The notes: a model not told the origin generated them from the letters alone. 64,000 bases of DNA from Octopus vulgaris (GCA_951406725.2 OX597816.1:64108001-64172000); one strand, 5' to 3'; positions 40,317-53,438 are shown, numbered from the stretch's first letter. Numbers and translations: made by a program.

Positions 40317-40402
40317 ATATATATATATATATGTGTGTGTGTATGTATGTATGTATGTATGTATGTATGTATGTATGTATGTATGTATGTATGTATGTAT
40401 GG

Positions 40403-40433
<31 letters not shown>

Positions 40434-40508
40434 CATAAGGATAAGATCGTTATTTAAATATCGAACGTATCAAGTGGCCAGCATGAGAATAAACACCTTC
40501 AAACGTAA

Positions 40509-40708
40509 TAATTATTATTTAAATTATAATTTAGGGTATCTAAGAGATACCACCACGCTTGAAATAGCAGCCAAACTTGACTCTAAAACCAGCTTAAATG
40601 TTCATACAGCACCATTGAACATTTAAGGTGGTTTTAGAGTCAAGTTTTGGCTGCTATTCAAGCTTTGTGGTATCTCTTAGATACCCTAAATTATAATTTT
40701 AATAACAA

Positions 40709-40714
<6 letters not shown>
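40509..40714. repeat. Fold-back palindrome, arms about 96 bp, 11-nt loop; same family as 59094-59280
   Basis: Arms are reverse-complementary; the left arm and its flank match the reverse complement of 59094-59280. Confidence 0.9.
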
Positions 40715-40759
<45 letters not shown>

Positions 40760-42481
40760 GCAATATATATAGAGACAATACAGTTCTGGCTGGACCAATT
40801 TCCGGAAGAAATACCAAAAAGGATCAGTAAAGAATTCATTACTAAATCAATTGAATTCATCCTACACAATAACCACTTCATGTTTGACAATACATTTTAC
40901 CGTCAAAAATCCGGAATTGCTATGGGTACAAGGGCAGCACCAGTCATTGCGAACCTAACAATGGGCTACATGGAAATAATCATTTACCAGGAATTTTTAT
41001 CAATCTTTGGAAACCCCCTTTCTCAATACATAAAAGAGAATTGGAAACGATTCTTAGACGATTGTTTTATACTCTGGAATGAAAACACAGATAAACTCCT
41101 AAAATTTAAAAACCTATTGAACAGCATAAACCCAAATATACAGTTCACAATGGAATACAACCAAAAGGAGGTCCCGTTCTTGGATATACTAATTAAAAAA
41201 ATTAACCTTAAAATAGAAACAAACATTTTTTACAAAGCCACAGACGCCAAACAATAACTTCTTTTAATTCATGCCACCCAAGACACACTAAAACAAACAT
41301 CCCCTTCAACCTTGCAAGAAGGATATGCACAATAGTGTCAGAACAAAATACCAGGAACTTTAGACTGCAAGAACTCAAAAACACCCTAATTGACAGACAT
41401 TAACCAGCTCAACTCATAGAGGATGGGATCAGACGTGCAACAGAAATCAACATAGAAACTTTAAGAAAAGTTCAACACAACAACACACCTTCCCCGAAAA
41501 TACTACCTTACATATCTACATACAACCCCAGAAAGAAAGAAGCCTTCACCATCATCACCCAGAATTTACCAATACTTCATAAGGACCCAAAATTAAAGGA
41601 AATTCTAAACATACACCAAATCATTAAAAGCTACAAACAACCTAAATCACTGAAAAAGATTCTCACAAAGGTAAAATTGTCTTCTGATATTACGGATGCA
41701 AAAGTAAAAAAAATGTGGTAGATCGAACTGTGCAACATGTCCAAACCTGCTAGAAGGATCAGAATTCCTCTTTAAAGAGGGACAGAACTTCAAGATCAAA
41801 TCTAACTTTACTTGTGCCTCTGAAAACATAATTTATGTCATAAAATGCTCGGGCTACCACCAAGACTACGTGAGATCCACGGGACTATCACTCAGACGTA
41901 GATGCACACTGCACCGACAACAGATTGCATTCCCAGAATACAGAATGATACCTTTTAGTGAGCACATTGAGAAATGCGCAAAGCAACTACTACCACAATT
42001 TTTAATCTTTCCATTTTACCAATGTGCTATCGGATCATCAAAACAAATTAGACTAAACAAGGAAACATTCTTCATTGAAAAGTACAAGCCCAGACTTAAC
42101 CATCCCAACATACTGATACAGAGAAATTCACACCAAGGGAAAGGAAAAACATTTTAAGCGATTCTCCCCCTTACACCGGAAGAAGTCACTCATTACCTCC
42201 TCTTATTTAGAGCTCTTTTGAACATAAAGATAACGACAACCCTGTTCAACATAAACATAACGTCGCAAGAAATTTGAAAAGCTAAACGCGAAACCGGTCT
42301 TTCTTTTAAATTATGTCATTATAAGAGAACAAATTTTTTTTAATATTCTTCAAAAATTTTTTTAATATTCTTAAGACATATTGACGCAAATATATATTTT
42401 TTAACATTTAAGCCTTCTGTAGTTTTTTCACTTTTTACTATTTTCTATATATTCAACCACTGGCTTTCACAAACCAACTTT

Positions 42482-42484
<3 letters not shown>
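40760..42484 (+). mobile_element. Penelope-like retroelement (Neptune-type), 5'-truncated, degenerate
   Basis: RT YRQKSGIAMGTRAAP, RFLDD, FTME, PFLD, CHPRH; Cys-rich linker (NCATC); GIY-YIG-like IIYVIKC...LHRQQI...YKPRLN; flanked by (TA)n. Confidence 0.9.
42267..42305 (+). ncRNA. Minimal hammerhead with U3-A8 core in the PLE 3' region
   Basis: aagaaa-t-TTGAAAA-gc(taaac)gc-GAAA-ccgg-TC-tttctt. Confidence 0.55.
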
Positions 42485-42535
<51 letters not shown>

Positions 42536-42779
42536 CATATATATATATATATATATACACATATATATGTGTCTGTAATATATATAGATATATATGTACA
42601 TATATTTACATATACATGGTGGCTTGTCTACAGGGTCTCACCACGTCTTGTACTTACACCTTAGATTCATGGCTTCTGATATGGCTTTTTAAACGAAACA
42701 ATGCATTGAAAATAAACCTACGTATATTGCATATCTGACTTGAACGACCAAGTTTTGCAGTTAAGTTCTGAACTTAGTG

Positions 42780-44050
42780 GATCTTAAAATGTCCTTGGAG
42801 GCCTCCTTTAGATTTGCAGACCTTGTGCCATACACGGCATTGAAACGTGTGCGCTGATAATTAGGCAGCGTAATTGGTGAAGGTTCGTTTTCCATGGGCC
42901 CGCAAATGAGATTTTAGCTTGTCAAAAGAAAGGCATGGTCTGTCATAAACTGTACGCACGAAAAATGTCACTGAGATTCACCTTGTCGATCACAATTTTC
43001 TTCTTTAAATCTCTTTTGAGTCTTGAATGTGTCCTCCTCACCTCCACCAAAGCTTTCACTCCACTCCACACTTCTGTTCGCCATCCAGCTCGATCCAAAG
43101 CAGGGGATTCTATGACCTTTGGATCCATTCCAAGTGACGTCATTGTAGTCTTTATGCCGTCCTTAAACCTCTTTTTGGGTTTACACCAATTGCGTCTCCC
43201 CTCTGCAAGCTCGCCATAACACAGCTATTTGATATGCGTCCATCCGCCATTCAAACAACGTGGCCCTTCTATCTCACTTAGTTTTGCAGAATCGTTGATT
43301 TAATTGAAATAATGTTTGCAGCTGCAAGTTTCATTCTAGAGTTAAAAAGCTCCATTTAATGTTTAAAACACCGCGAAGACATTTTTGGTGGAATCTTTCT
43401 AACAATATGAAATGTCTTTTATAACACGTCCATGATTCAGAATACAATAGGAATGGTAAGACAAACAATTTGTTAAGAGCCAACTTTTTGTGCTGTTATT
43501 TATATGTCGTTGGCACCAAACGCGTGAACCCAAATCACTAAATACTTGTGTTGCCCTTTGAATTCGCTGATGTATTTCTGTGTCCAGATTTCAATCATTT
43601 TGTACAGAGCTTCCAAGGTAGATAAAGGAGTTAAGAACCTCAAGTAGCTTACCCGTAACGAAAATTTTACTGGGCTTGCAAACAGTACCACGTGCAGGTC
43701 GATACATTACAGCTTTTATTTTTCCTTCAAGTTTATGGTGAAGCCAAAATCATCACAAGGTGAGTCAAATGCTGATACAAAATATTGCAGATCTGTTTCA
43801 GAATGACTGACAAGATCGCAATCGTCAGTATACGAGAGTTCCCTAATGAGTGAAGTAAAAGTTTTGTTTTGAATTTCAGTCTGGTCAGATTAAAAACATT
43901 CCGTGTTGTTCGATATTTTTATGTATATACTCTCCTCGGACTTTTAAAAGGCCTGTGACAGCACAACAGGAAAAAGTATACTGCAAAGATGGTGGGTTTA
44001 TCAATGTCTCCTTTCTTTACTCCATTTTCCACGGCAAAAGTTTCAGAATA
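42780..44050 (-). mobile_element. Decayed RTE (BovB-like) LINE
   Basis: Minus-strand pieces FAVENGVKKG..PTIF, IRELSYTDDCDLV, GELAEGRR..KPKKRFKD, ALDRAGWR and a C-terminal C2H2-like KVCKSKGGLQGH. Confidence 0.75.
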
Positions 44051-44878
44051 CCTAGTCAGTGGACATAAAACAAAGAGTGTTGCTACTATATTCATACCGC
44101 CGAAATATAATAAAGGGTTGTATTTATATGAATCAAAACAAGGATGGAATTTGAAACTAAATGCTCGGAGAAATGCCCAGTTCTACCGAGTATCAAAAAA
44201 TCAGAAGTTAAATGACTACCTGCTTCATCCAGTCAAGAAATATTACGTTGAATATACTTAAATTGAATTAAATTAAATTAATCTTAATTAAATTAGGTGC
44301 AATAGTTAAGGATTGAATTAAAGATTAAGCATTAGTTAGGGATTTGGCATTTGGTGTGTAGGAGTCGAAGGAATCCAGTAAAGAGAGAACACAACCATTA
44401 ATCTTAACTAGAACTCTGTGGAAACTTCGAGACTGCTTTGATGAGTAACTTAAGTAATTTAATAATTCGATATGCTTACTTAAGTTAGATTTACAATTGG
44501 GAATTTTCCGGGCCATTACCTCTGCTCCCCTGTATGTCAGATCACTACGTATAATAGACTACAGAACAAAATATTTTATATTCCTCCATCTAAAACCCCA
44601 GATAAGCATGTTTAACAAAGTACAGGTTACTTTTCTTTTGTATTTAAAAGAATGAATGTGGTTATATATCTGGTCTTGAATTTCGAATTAGTAGCTCCTA
44701 TGTACTAATGGACACACGTGTTTTGACCGAACGCTTATTTATTAGATTATTCGTCAGACATTAGTTACCTAAGGGGCATTTGTCACGGTACCTACAGTTT
44801 CACATTCTATTAAACATATAGTCATAAGAGTACTTATTCCTTATTTATTTTATTAGAGTTAATGTTTTTAATCAGTGG

Positions 44879-44957
44879 ACTTCATGTTGTACGTACTGAA
44901 ACATGCATATTTCATCTACTTCATGTTGTACGTACTGAAGCTTGCATATTTCACTAC
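44879..44957. repeat. 39-bp tandem duplication
   Basis: acttcatgttgtacgtactgaa.c.tgcatatttca occurs twice. Confidence 0.9.
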
Positions 44958-45414
44958 ACCTAATTCAACGATCTACTAGAATGTCTATTAGCTCTAGAAA
45001 ACTGAATGCCATTAGAAACAGTGAGGTGCACGTATCTTTATTCAGAATGCATAAATCTACGTGGGTCTACCAAACATAAAACACATTTATTAAATACGTA
45101 TGTACATGCGTGCGCATGTGTAATTGGTTACTCCTAATTTCAGCTTGAGCATTTCGTTTCTTGTTTTAATGGCAGAGTAGGTAGAAAGTGAACTTGCGAT
45201 CGTAAGAGTGTAGTTTCAATTCCCTAACCGGGATCTGCGTTCTATCTTTGAGCAACTCACTTCGGTTTACAGTAATTCCAGTCTACTAGCTGGAACCTAA
45301 CATGGAAACTGATTAGCTTCCTTATGCAAATTGAAACCTTGGAACATTTTAATCCTATTATTCCAGTCACACGAGACAGACTTTGCCACACGAGACAGAC
45401 TATATATATATATG

Positions 45415-45450
<36 letters not shown>

Positions 45451-45488
45451 TGTATGTATGTATGTATGTATGTATGTATGTATGTATG

Positions 45489-45539
<51 letters not shown>

Positions 45540-45591
45540 ATATATATATATAATATGGTATAGTATAATATGATATATTGTAATGTAATAT

Positions 45592-45626
<35 letters not shown>

Positions 45627-45649
45627 GTGTGTGTGATGTGATGTAATAT

Positions 45650-45970
45650 ACTCCGTCGGTTGCGAAGATGAGCGTTTTAGTTGATTCGATCAACGATACA
45701 CCCTGCTCATCAGATTAACGTGCAAGTGACTGAGCAATTCGCAAACAAGTGTACCCTTAATTTAGTTCTCAGTGTGTTTGAGCGTGACACAGAGTGTGAC
45801 AAGGCTGGCCCTTTGAAATACAGACACAACATAGACAGAGTGAAAAAGTACAGCAGGGTTCGCCACCAACCCCTGCCGCAGCCTCGTGGATCTTTTGTAG
45901 GTGTTTCCACTCAATAGACACTCACAACGCCCGGTCAGGGAATCGAAACTGCATCCGCTGCCCTAACCAC
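45650..45970 (-). mobile_element. Adjacent SINE fragments (family D body and family E head)
   Basis: Homology to 14100-14715 and 30500-30650. Confidence 0.65.
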
Positions 45971-46058
45971 AATATAATATAATATAATATAATATATTGC
46001 AGTGTACTCTGTGTGTGTGCATGTATGCTTCATTATTAAAGCTGCAAAATCACAAAAA

Positions 46059-46100
46059 ACTGCTACTCAGAGTTTCACGTTCCCGTTCGTCGTTGGCAGT
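46059..46100 (-). ncRNA. Degenerate hammerhead motif inside a short inverted repeat (46024-46134)
   Basis: Minus strand ctgc-caa-CGACGA-acg(ggaa)cgt-GAAA-ctc(t)gag-TA-gcag. Confidence 0.45.
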
Positions 46101-46191
46101 TGTGATATTTTTGCTGCTTTAATAATAAAGCATATTTTCCCCACCGAGTACTATTTTCCCTACCTTGTTTAACATTTATGTGCTTACTCTA

Positions 46192-46284
<93 letters not shown>

Positions 46285-46382
46285 TAAAACGGTAAGATAA
46301 CAAAAGAAAGAAAGAGACCTCAATATTATGTAAATAGAAGAAATTTATCTATACAATAATATGTTACATTACTCGATAGTCA

Positions 46383-46442
46383 AGATAAAACTCTGAGTTT
46401 CAGATGCCGAAGTGGGAATCCACGACATCTCTTCGGTTATCT
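46383..46442 (-). ncRNA. Type I hammerhead with CCGAAGA core
   Basis: Minus strand agataa-CCGAAGA-gatgtcg...cggcatc-t-GAAA-ctc(a)gag-TT-ttatct: 6-bp stem I, 7-bp stem II. Confidence 0.6.
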
Positions 46443-46458
46443 GGCTATTTGAAATATA

Positions 46459-46511
46459 TCATCATCATCATCATCATCGTTTAACGTCCGCTTTCCATGC
46501 TAGCATGGGTT
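46459..46511 (-). mobile_element. LINE 3'-end fragment with (GAT)n tail
   Basis: cccatgctagcatggaaagcggacgttaaacga(tga)n; second copy on + at 63370-63450. Confidence 0.6.
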
Positions 46512-48142
46512 ATGTGTGTTTGTGTATGTATGTATATTATATGTGCATATCATCTCATATGAGATAGTGTTCATTTGAAAGTAGCAATGCAGATGTTAAG
46601 ACGACATTCTGGTATAAAGCTCCGTGACACATTTTCATATTCGACGCTAAAGTGTACTTGTAACACAACGAAATCGAATCATTTTATGAAACTGAAACCG
46701 CTCTTCTTCCACACAAATCTTTTGATGTACTTTGATTATTAGACTTTTGCTAGATACAGTTTCGTATAGACTGAAACTTATGTTAACCATACTGGAAATT
46801 TATGACTTTTATTTAACATAGTTGAACCATTGTAATTTTTATAATTCAGTCGTATTTCGAATATGTTGCACATATTATTGAAGAAAAAAGTAGTTTTCCT
46901 CTTCAGCTAGCCGGAATGAACGTTACACATATCCCATCATGAGAACTAACCTTTTATACTGACACACCGTACATATAACACTCTGTTGAAACGATAATAA
47001 ATCTGCACGTTCAATATAATACGTTGGAGCAACTTTATCATAAAGAATAATAAATCATAGAGAGAAAGGACATTGTTTACTGTGTTAGTTTAATGGATGA
47101 CAAGGGTCTAATAAATATAAAATTATTATTTCCTATGACAGTTAGCTTTAAATCCCTGTTCTTATCTAGGAAACATTTTCTTGAAAGACCCATGAGAAAT
47201 AGATGGACAGAAAACAGGAAAAAATAAAACTCACAATAAAATAAATAGAAAAATATTCGTGCAAAAGTTTGTAAATATTAAGATACTTCTTGAAGTATAT
47301 TTCAAGCATAATTTTAAGAGCATTTTGTATTTTTATCGAGTCTATGAATGTAAAATATATGAATTCCCAAACTAATATAACGAACTATAAAAAAGTTGTT
47401 TATTTTTGTTATATAATGAATCTTATATACTTGTTTAAACACAAATATTGACATCAGTCTCTGCGGAGATTTGATAGGTTCAATTGATATATGTGAACAC
47501 ATTTTCAAGTAATATGTTGAATACACATGACACTTATATAAAGAATAGAGATAGAGAGAAAGAGAGAGATAGAGATATGTTGAAATTGCCTGTTGATGGA
47601 GGAATGAAATAACACCAAAATAAAGGGAAAAAAAGAAATAAAACATCCCAATAAAACTGGATATATCAAATTCAATCTCAACTAGTTACTCAGATGAAGT
47701 ATTATGGACAATCTGCGGATAGTAGATTGGATAAACACTGGCAAAAACATTTTAAGAACGTGACAATGCATAGTCTTTCTAATGATAAAATGTCAGTGGC
47801 AGTCAATGCATTTCAAATTTTTTTTATGGAAATAAGCCCCGAATGCATAATTTTTTTACTCATGCCTGTAATATCTTTTGTAGAAAGCCATCTTGCGAAC
47901 TGAGAACAGTGTAGTCAAATGTAATAACCCACTGATTGCTTAACATTCATAATTATTTATTCATAAACTGTAACGTACCTTGTTAGTGGAGCTCACTACT
48001 ACACAAATCTCCCAGAATCCCTGTTTCTAGCATTTATTAGTAATTATTTCATTAAGCATCGAAAAGAAAAAAATAATAAACCACGTCACATGCATAATCA
48101 AGGAAATGTACTTACTTTTCCAATCCTGACATGATTTGAGAG

Positions 48143-48585
48143 CTGATTACAGTATTTCACTAGTTTAAACATTTACATAATTTGCGAGCTATGTTTGAGA
48201 TGACAAAGAACAGCAGCTTATTGCCTGTTATTTGTTTTTCGTAAATGTTTACTGTGTCTGTACTACCTGTCTACACTAGTTGTGGTCATTGTGAAGACAG
48301 GTAAATCAAGGTGAAGGTGGGGAATGATTAATTACAACCCTTACCATGGCATTAGAGACGCTAGAATTGGTAGTAATAGGTCAATGTTGGCAGGATTATA
48401 GGTGTTTTCATTTAAACCATTGGGCTATTTTATGTGTTTTTTTACAAAACATCTGTATGGATACTTCTTTCCATACGAAAAACAAAAAAAAAAGAAGAAG
48501 CAGGCAATAAAATACTGTTCTTAGTCGTCTGAAACATAGCTCGCAAATTTTGTAAATGTTTAAACTAGTAAAATAGTGTAATCAG
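48143..48585. mobile_element. MITE-like element with about 85-bp terminal inverted repeats
   Basis: 48143-48227 is an imperfect reverse complement of 48501-48585. Confidence 0.7.
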
Positions 48586-49221
48586 AGAGTGAGGGAGAGA
48601 AAGAGTTGGGAGAGATGAAAGAAATATCTGTCACTAAAAATTAAATAAGAGAATTATCATGGGCTTTAAACCCAAAGTTTAGTGATATAATCTGTAGAAT
48701 AATATAACAGTTATCAATCATACAACCAATAAAAGTACTAATCGAACTTACGATAAATGTGAAAATTTATTAGTTTGTAACGTGATAAACCATAACAGTC
48801 ACCATCAAACCAAGTGTTTGATTTCTTCTGTCTATATTTACCTATCGAGTCATGTGTTGAAATTTGGTAGTTAAAACAAATAGGAATGTAAAATCAGAAA
48901 TACAGATTCTTTTCAATAAATTCATAGAATATCTCAGCTTCACAACCGTGGGTTATTATTTTTGTCGCTTTTCTTCCAAAGCATTCCAGCTGTGACAAAC
49001 CTATCATTTATTTCCATATAGCTCATTCCAGTCCACTGTATGAAATGTCGTTTTATATTTTTATGACGGTAGTTTGCAAATACTCGCGAGTCGAATGTCA
49101 CCAAAGTGTCTCCAAAATTGACCAAAGTAGAGAATTATATTTGCGAAGGCTAGTAATCCACTATTGATCACAGTTCTTAGCACCAAGTGATGTCAATATT
49201 GTATAGAAACGTAGATCTTAA

Positions 49222-49425
49222 ACTGGCAGTGTTGTTAGCATGCTGGATGAAATGCTTAGCGGTTTTTCGCCCTTCGCTATGTTCTGAGTTCAAATTCTGC
49301 CGAGGTCGACTTTACCTTTCATCCTTCCGGGGTCGATAAATTTAATACCAGTTGCGTACTGGAGTCGATTCAATCGACTGGCCACTCCTCGAAAATTTCG
49401 GGCCTTGTGCCAAGAGCAGAAGAGA
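49222..49425 (+). mobile_element. SINE family B (diverged)
   Basis: Homology to the reverse complement of 3650-3810. Confidence 0.8.
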
Positions 49426-49999
49426 ATATTTCAAATCTCAATACAGTGTACGTCTTAATATTTCCAAAATATTTATGTCATGTTAATGAAATGATTATAT
49501 TAATTGTGCTTATGAAACAGCCGTCCTCCAATAATCACGTCGGCAAAACCCAAATGATTAAAAAGTGATCATCACAAAAACCAGTAATGTATATGTTGGT
49601 CAAATCAATAGTCTGATGATTTATTACTGAAATCATTAATGGATTTTAGATTTTACTATGAGGGGAAAAAGGATTACAACTGATTCTCAAGCTTCACAGA
49701 ATTGACTTGAAATATGTATATATTACACTTTAACATACATAACATTCTCATACATATTTTTATTCACACACTCAAAGACACGCACGCACGACGCACAAAA
49801 GCTCAACACATCCCCCATCCCCATGTGTATGTATGCATACATACACGATTGCATACATACATAAATATATACATGCATGTATCAGGCAACTAATGTATCA
49901 TAACCTTCATTGAATTGTTTTCTATAATTATGTCGTATTTACATAAGGAATCTCAGGCCTAAACTTATCCAACCAACGTTAATGAAGACTCAACATAAT

Positions 50000-50230
50000 T
50001 TATTTCTTTATTGCCCATAGGGGGCTAAACATAGAGAGGACAAACAAGAACAGAGAAACGGATTAAGTCGATTACATCGACCCCAGTGCGTAACTGGTAT
50101 TTATTTAATCGACCCTGAGAGGATGAAAGGCAATGTTGACCTCGGCGGAATTTTAACTCAGAACGTAACGGCAGACGAAATACCGCTAAGCATTTCGCCC
50201 GGCGTGCTAAAGTTTCTGCCAGCTCGCCGC
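50000..50230 (-). mobile_element. SINE family B
   Basis: Near-identical to 3584-3810. Confidence 0.88.
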
Positions 50231-50493
50231 CCTAACATAATGGCGTTAAGATGCTTACAATGTCCAATGTTAGTTCGATTCATAGCATTTAACATAACAT
50301 GAAACTCTGATAACGCCATATTGAGCGTTTCCCCTGCACCGAGTGTTCTTGGCCCTCACACATATCAGACATACACAGTCAGAAGAGCATATGCATACAC
50401 ACATACGAACATGCACACATTGACATATATATATATATATATTTCTTTTTCTAGTTTCAGCTCAGAGCTGCGGCCATGCTGATGCACCGCCGT

Positions 50494-50537
<44 letters not shown>

Positions 50538-50656
50538 AAAGAATTTACTTGAATATGGTACCTAACTTAGATGCACCAAAAAAAACTATACTGATTTAAC
50601 AATACAGTAATGTGGGGTGATTATAAGCGAGAATGAAGCAACAAGAATGGATAGGT

Positions 50657-50746
50657 TTTTAGTACAATCGTTTCATACAAGGACAGGTTTTATTAAAGTT
50701 GCAAAAATTACAGCATATAAACGTGTCCCATACTCATCAACTAAAA
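50657..50746 (-). ncRNA. Hammerhead in left palindrome arm (C3 changed to U)
   Basis: Mirror of 51796-51886, but the core reads TTGATGA. Confidence 0.6.
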
Positions 50747-51795
50747 TACATGTGAGTTCTCTAGACATCCTAGTGGTTGAGGCTATACTCATGAAGTAAT
50801 GTAGATAATTAAGTAACATAAACAGATTTCAAAAGTTCATTCAAGTTCTTTAAAGATGATGTACAGTCTTATCACAGAATTTTAAAAGTTCTTAATAGCA
50901 TCACAGAGAAGGTGACCCAATCCATAGTGCACATATATGAATTTCCAGAGATATGATGAGGGATTACATACTCACAGAAGGCAAATTTATCCATTGTTAA
51001 TTACAACGAGGTGGGTTTCAATTCCTGCTTATTAGAATTACAGAGAGGGTGAATTAACCTTTGTATAGATGCACAATTTCCAATGGTGTAGGTGTAAATT
51101 TCCAAGGAATATCATATTCACAGGCGATAAATTTATCAATGGTTGAACACAATGAGGTAGGTATCAATTCTTGCTATATGATTAGGTATTTGCCACATTA
51201 ATCACATTACTGCTATTTACAAGAGGCTGTAGCTATTTAACTTTTAAAGGCTGAAGGGCTTACTAGTAAGGGCTTACTAGTAAGCCCTTCAGCCTTTAAA
51301 AGTTAAATAGCTACAGCCTCTTGTAAATAGCAGTAATGTGATTAATGTGGCAAATACCTAATCATATAGCAAGAATTGATACCTACCTCATTGTGTTCAA
51401 CCATTGATAAATTTATCGCCTGTGAATATGAAATTCCTTGAAATTTACACCTACACCATTGGAAATTGTGCATCTATACAAAGGATTAATTCACCCTCTC
51501 TGTAATTCTAATAAGCAGGAATTGAAACCCACCTCGTTGTAATTAACAATGGATAAATTTGCCTTCTGTGAGTATGTAATCCCTCATCATATCTCTGAAA
51601 TTCATATGTGCACTATGGATTGGGTCACCTTCTCTGTGATGCTATTAAGACTTTTTTTTTAATTCTGTGATAAGACTGTACATCATCTTTAAAGAACTTG
51701 AATGAACTTTTGAAATCTGTTTATGTTACTTAATTATCTACATTACTTCATGAGTATAGCCTCAACCACTAGGATGTCTAGAGAACTCACATGTA

Positions 51796-51886
51796 TTTTA
51801 GCTGATGAGTACGGGACACGTTTATATGCTGTAATTTTTGCAACTTTTAATAAAACCTGTCCTTGTATGAAACGATTGTACTAAAA
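51796..51886 (+). ncRNA. Type I hammerhead ribozyme, intact core, long stem II
   Basis: ttttag-CTGATGA-gtacgggaca...tgtccttgtat-GAAA-cg(at)tg-TA-ctaaaa; predicted cleavage after 51880. Confidence 0.8.
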
Positions 51887-51917
51887 ACCTATCCATTCTT
51901 GTTGCTTCATTCTCGCG

Positions 51918-51949
<32 letters not shown>

Positions 51950-52626
51950 CCCTTGATATTTAATTTTCTTGATAATCAAATATATATTGAAGCAAAAAAA
52001 TAATAAAAAACAAGAAGACAGAAACACTTTACAGCAGGACAAGGAAAAATAACAGCAAAAAGAAAATATATAAAAAAGATATGACTGGCAAAAGAAAAGT
52101 AGGCCGATTCGGTTCACATTGTTATAGTGTTTTAAGTATGAGAAAGATCCACAAGATTGGAAATATTTTACGGTTTGTGAAACAATTACCGATTGAACTG
52201 TATATGTGAATCGATCTTCTAATCTGCGCTTGAGAGTGATTTTGATAAAGAAAAATAGAATGAAAACAGATTCAGAGATTTCGTAGTATATCAAGAGATA
52301 TCAGGATTATGCAGAGCAGAACGGAGAAATGTTGTTAGAGAGATATGAAGCAAGATAGGCAGGGGTGGGGGTGGGGCAGAAAAATAAATAAAAGTAGAAA
52401 TAGGTTGGTATAAGGATTCATAAGCAAGGGTCTGATTATAAGGGTGCAGAACTAGTTTCATCGAAGTACTGGGTAGTTAAACAGAAATATGACTGTGTAT
52501 ATGAGCGTGTATGAGTACTGTGTATCTGTGTGTATTTGTGTATTTGTGTATGTGTGTACGTGTGCATGTATATAAGTATATAAGCATGTGCATGAATGAT
52601 CGTATCTATAGATGGGTATATATGTA

Positions 52627-53438
52627 TCACTCTATATATAAACGGCAGTTTGTCTGTCTGTGTGTCTGTGTGTCTGTGTGTCTGTCAGGTTGTACCCTCA
52701 CCCTGACCACGGCTTTCAACCGATTCTGATAAAACTTGACACACACATAGCCCAATGTCATAAGTCAAAACTAACGCAGCGAAAATTTTGAAAAGTTCCC
52801 CCAGTTCTGAAAAAAATCGATAAATTCGACATGGGTCGAGAATCTAAGCTTTTTATATGCAACACATTTTCTACAGACTATCTAGGGGACGCAACTCGAT
52901 CTTTTTAACTCTCGGAACACGTGGGGTAAGTATCACAAAATGTATAAAAATGTACAAAAACGGCAAAAAAGCGGGCTGCAATGTGAGTGACAACAACGAA
53001 AAAGTCAAAAGTGACCAAACTGAACAAACGAATCGAAAAGGTTTTTTGATGCACACGACAAAAGCGGTTTATAATAAACCAAGAGTTTGCAAGTAGAGTC
53101 CGAGGACCCTTAGGGTACGTCAAAAATTTGAGGTAAAACGTTTGGGGTGGTAGTTATAAAGAAAGTGTAAACAAAAAAAGTATTCGAATAACTTGCGGCT
53201 GCAGCAGCTACTAGCAGAAGTGGTGGTGTTGGGGGTAAAGTCTCGAATGTAATTTCTTCCTGGTAGGAATTGGTTGGGTTGAATTATCGATAGCTGTTTG
53301 ATAGTTATTTGGGAGTGAAGAGAAGATATTGCAACCTACACATGCGCCTTCGTTCCCTAGAAGGAAAGGACTAGATTGAGATTAGTCGTTGCCTACTAGG
53401 GGCTCTTACATACCCGGCAACGCCGGGCTATGCTGCTA

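Larger units (their letters stand above)
50627..51916. repeat. Near-perfect 1.29-kb palindrome (arms about 644 bp, 2-nt spacer at 51271-51272)
   Basis: Arms are reverse-complementary along their length with few substitutions or indels; each arm has a diverged internal repeat of about 150-bp period. Confidence 0.95.
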
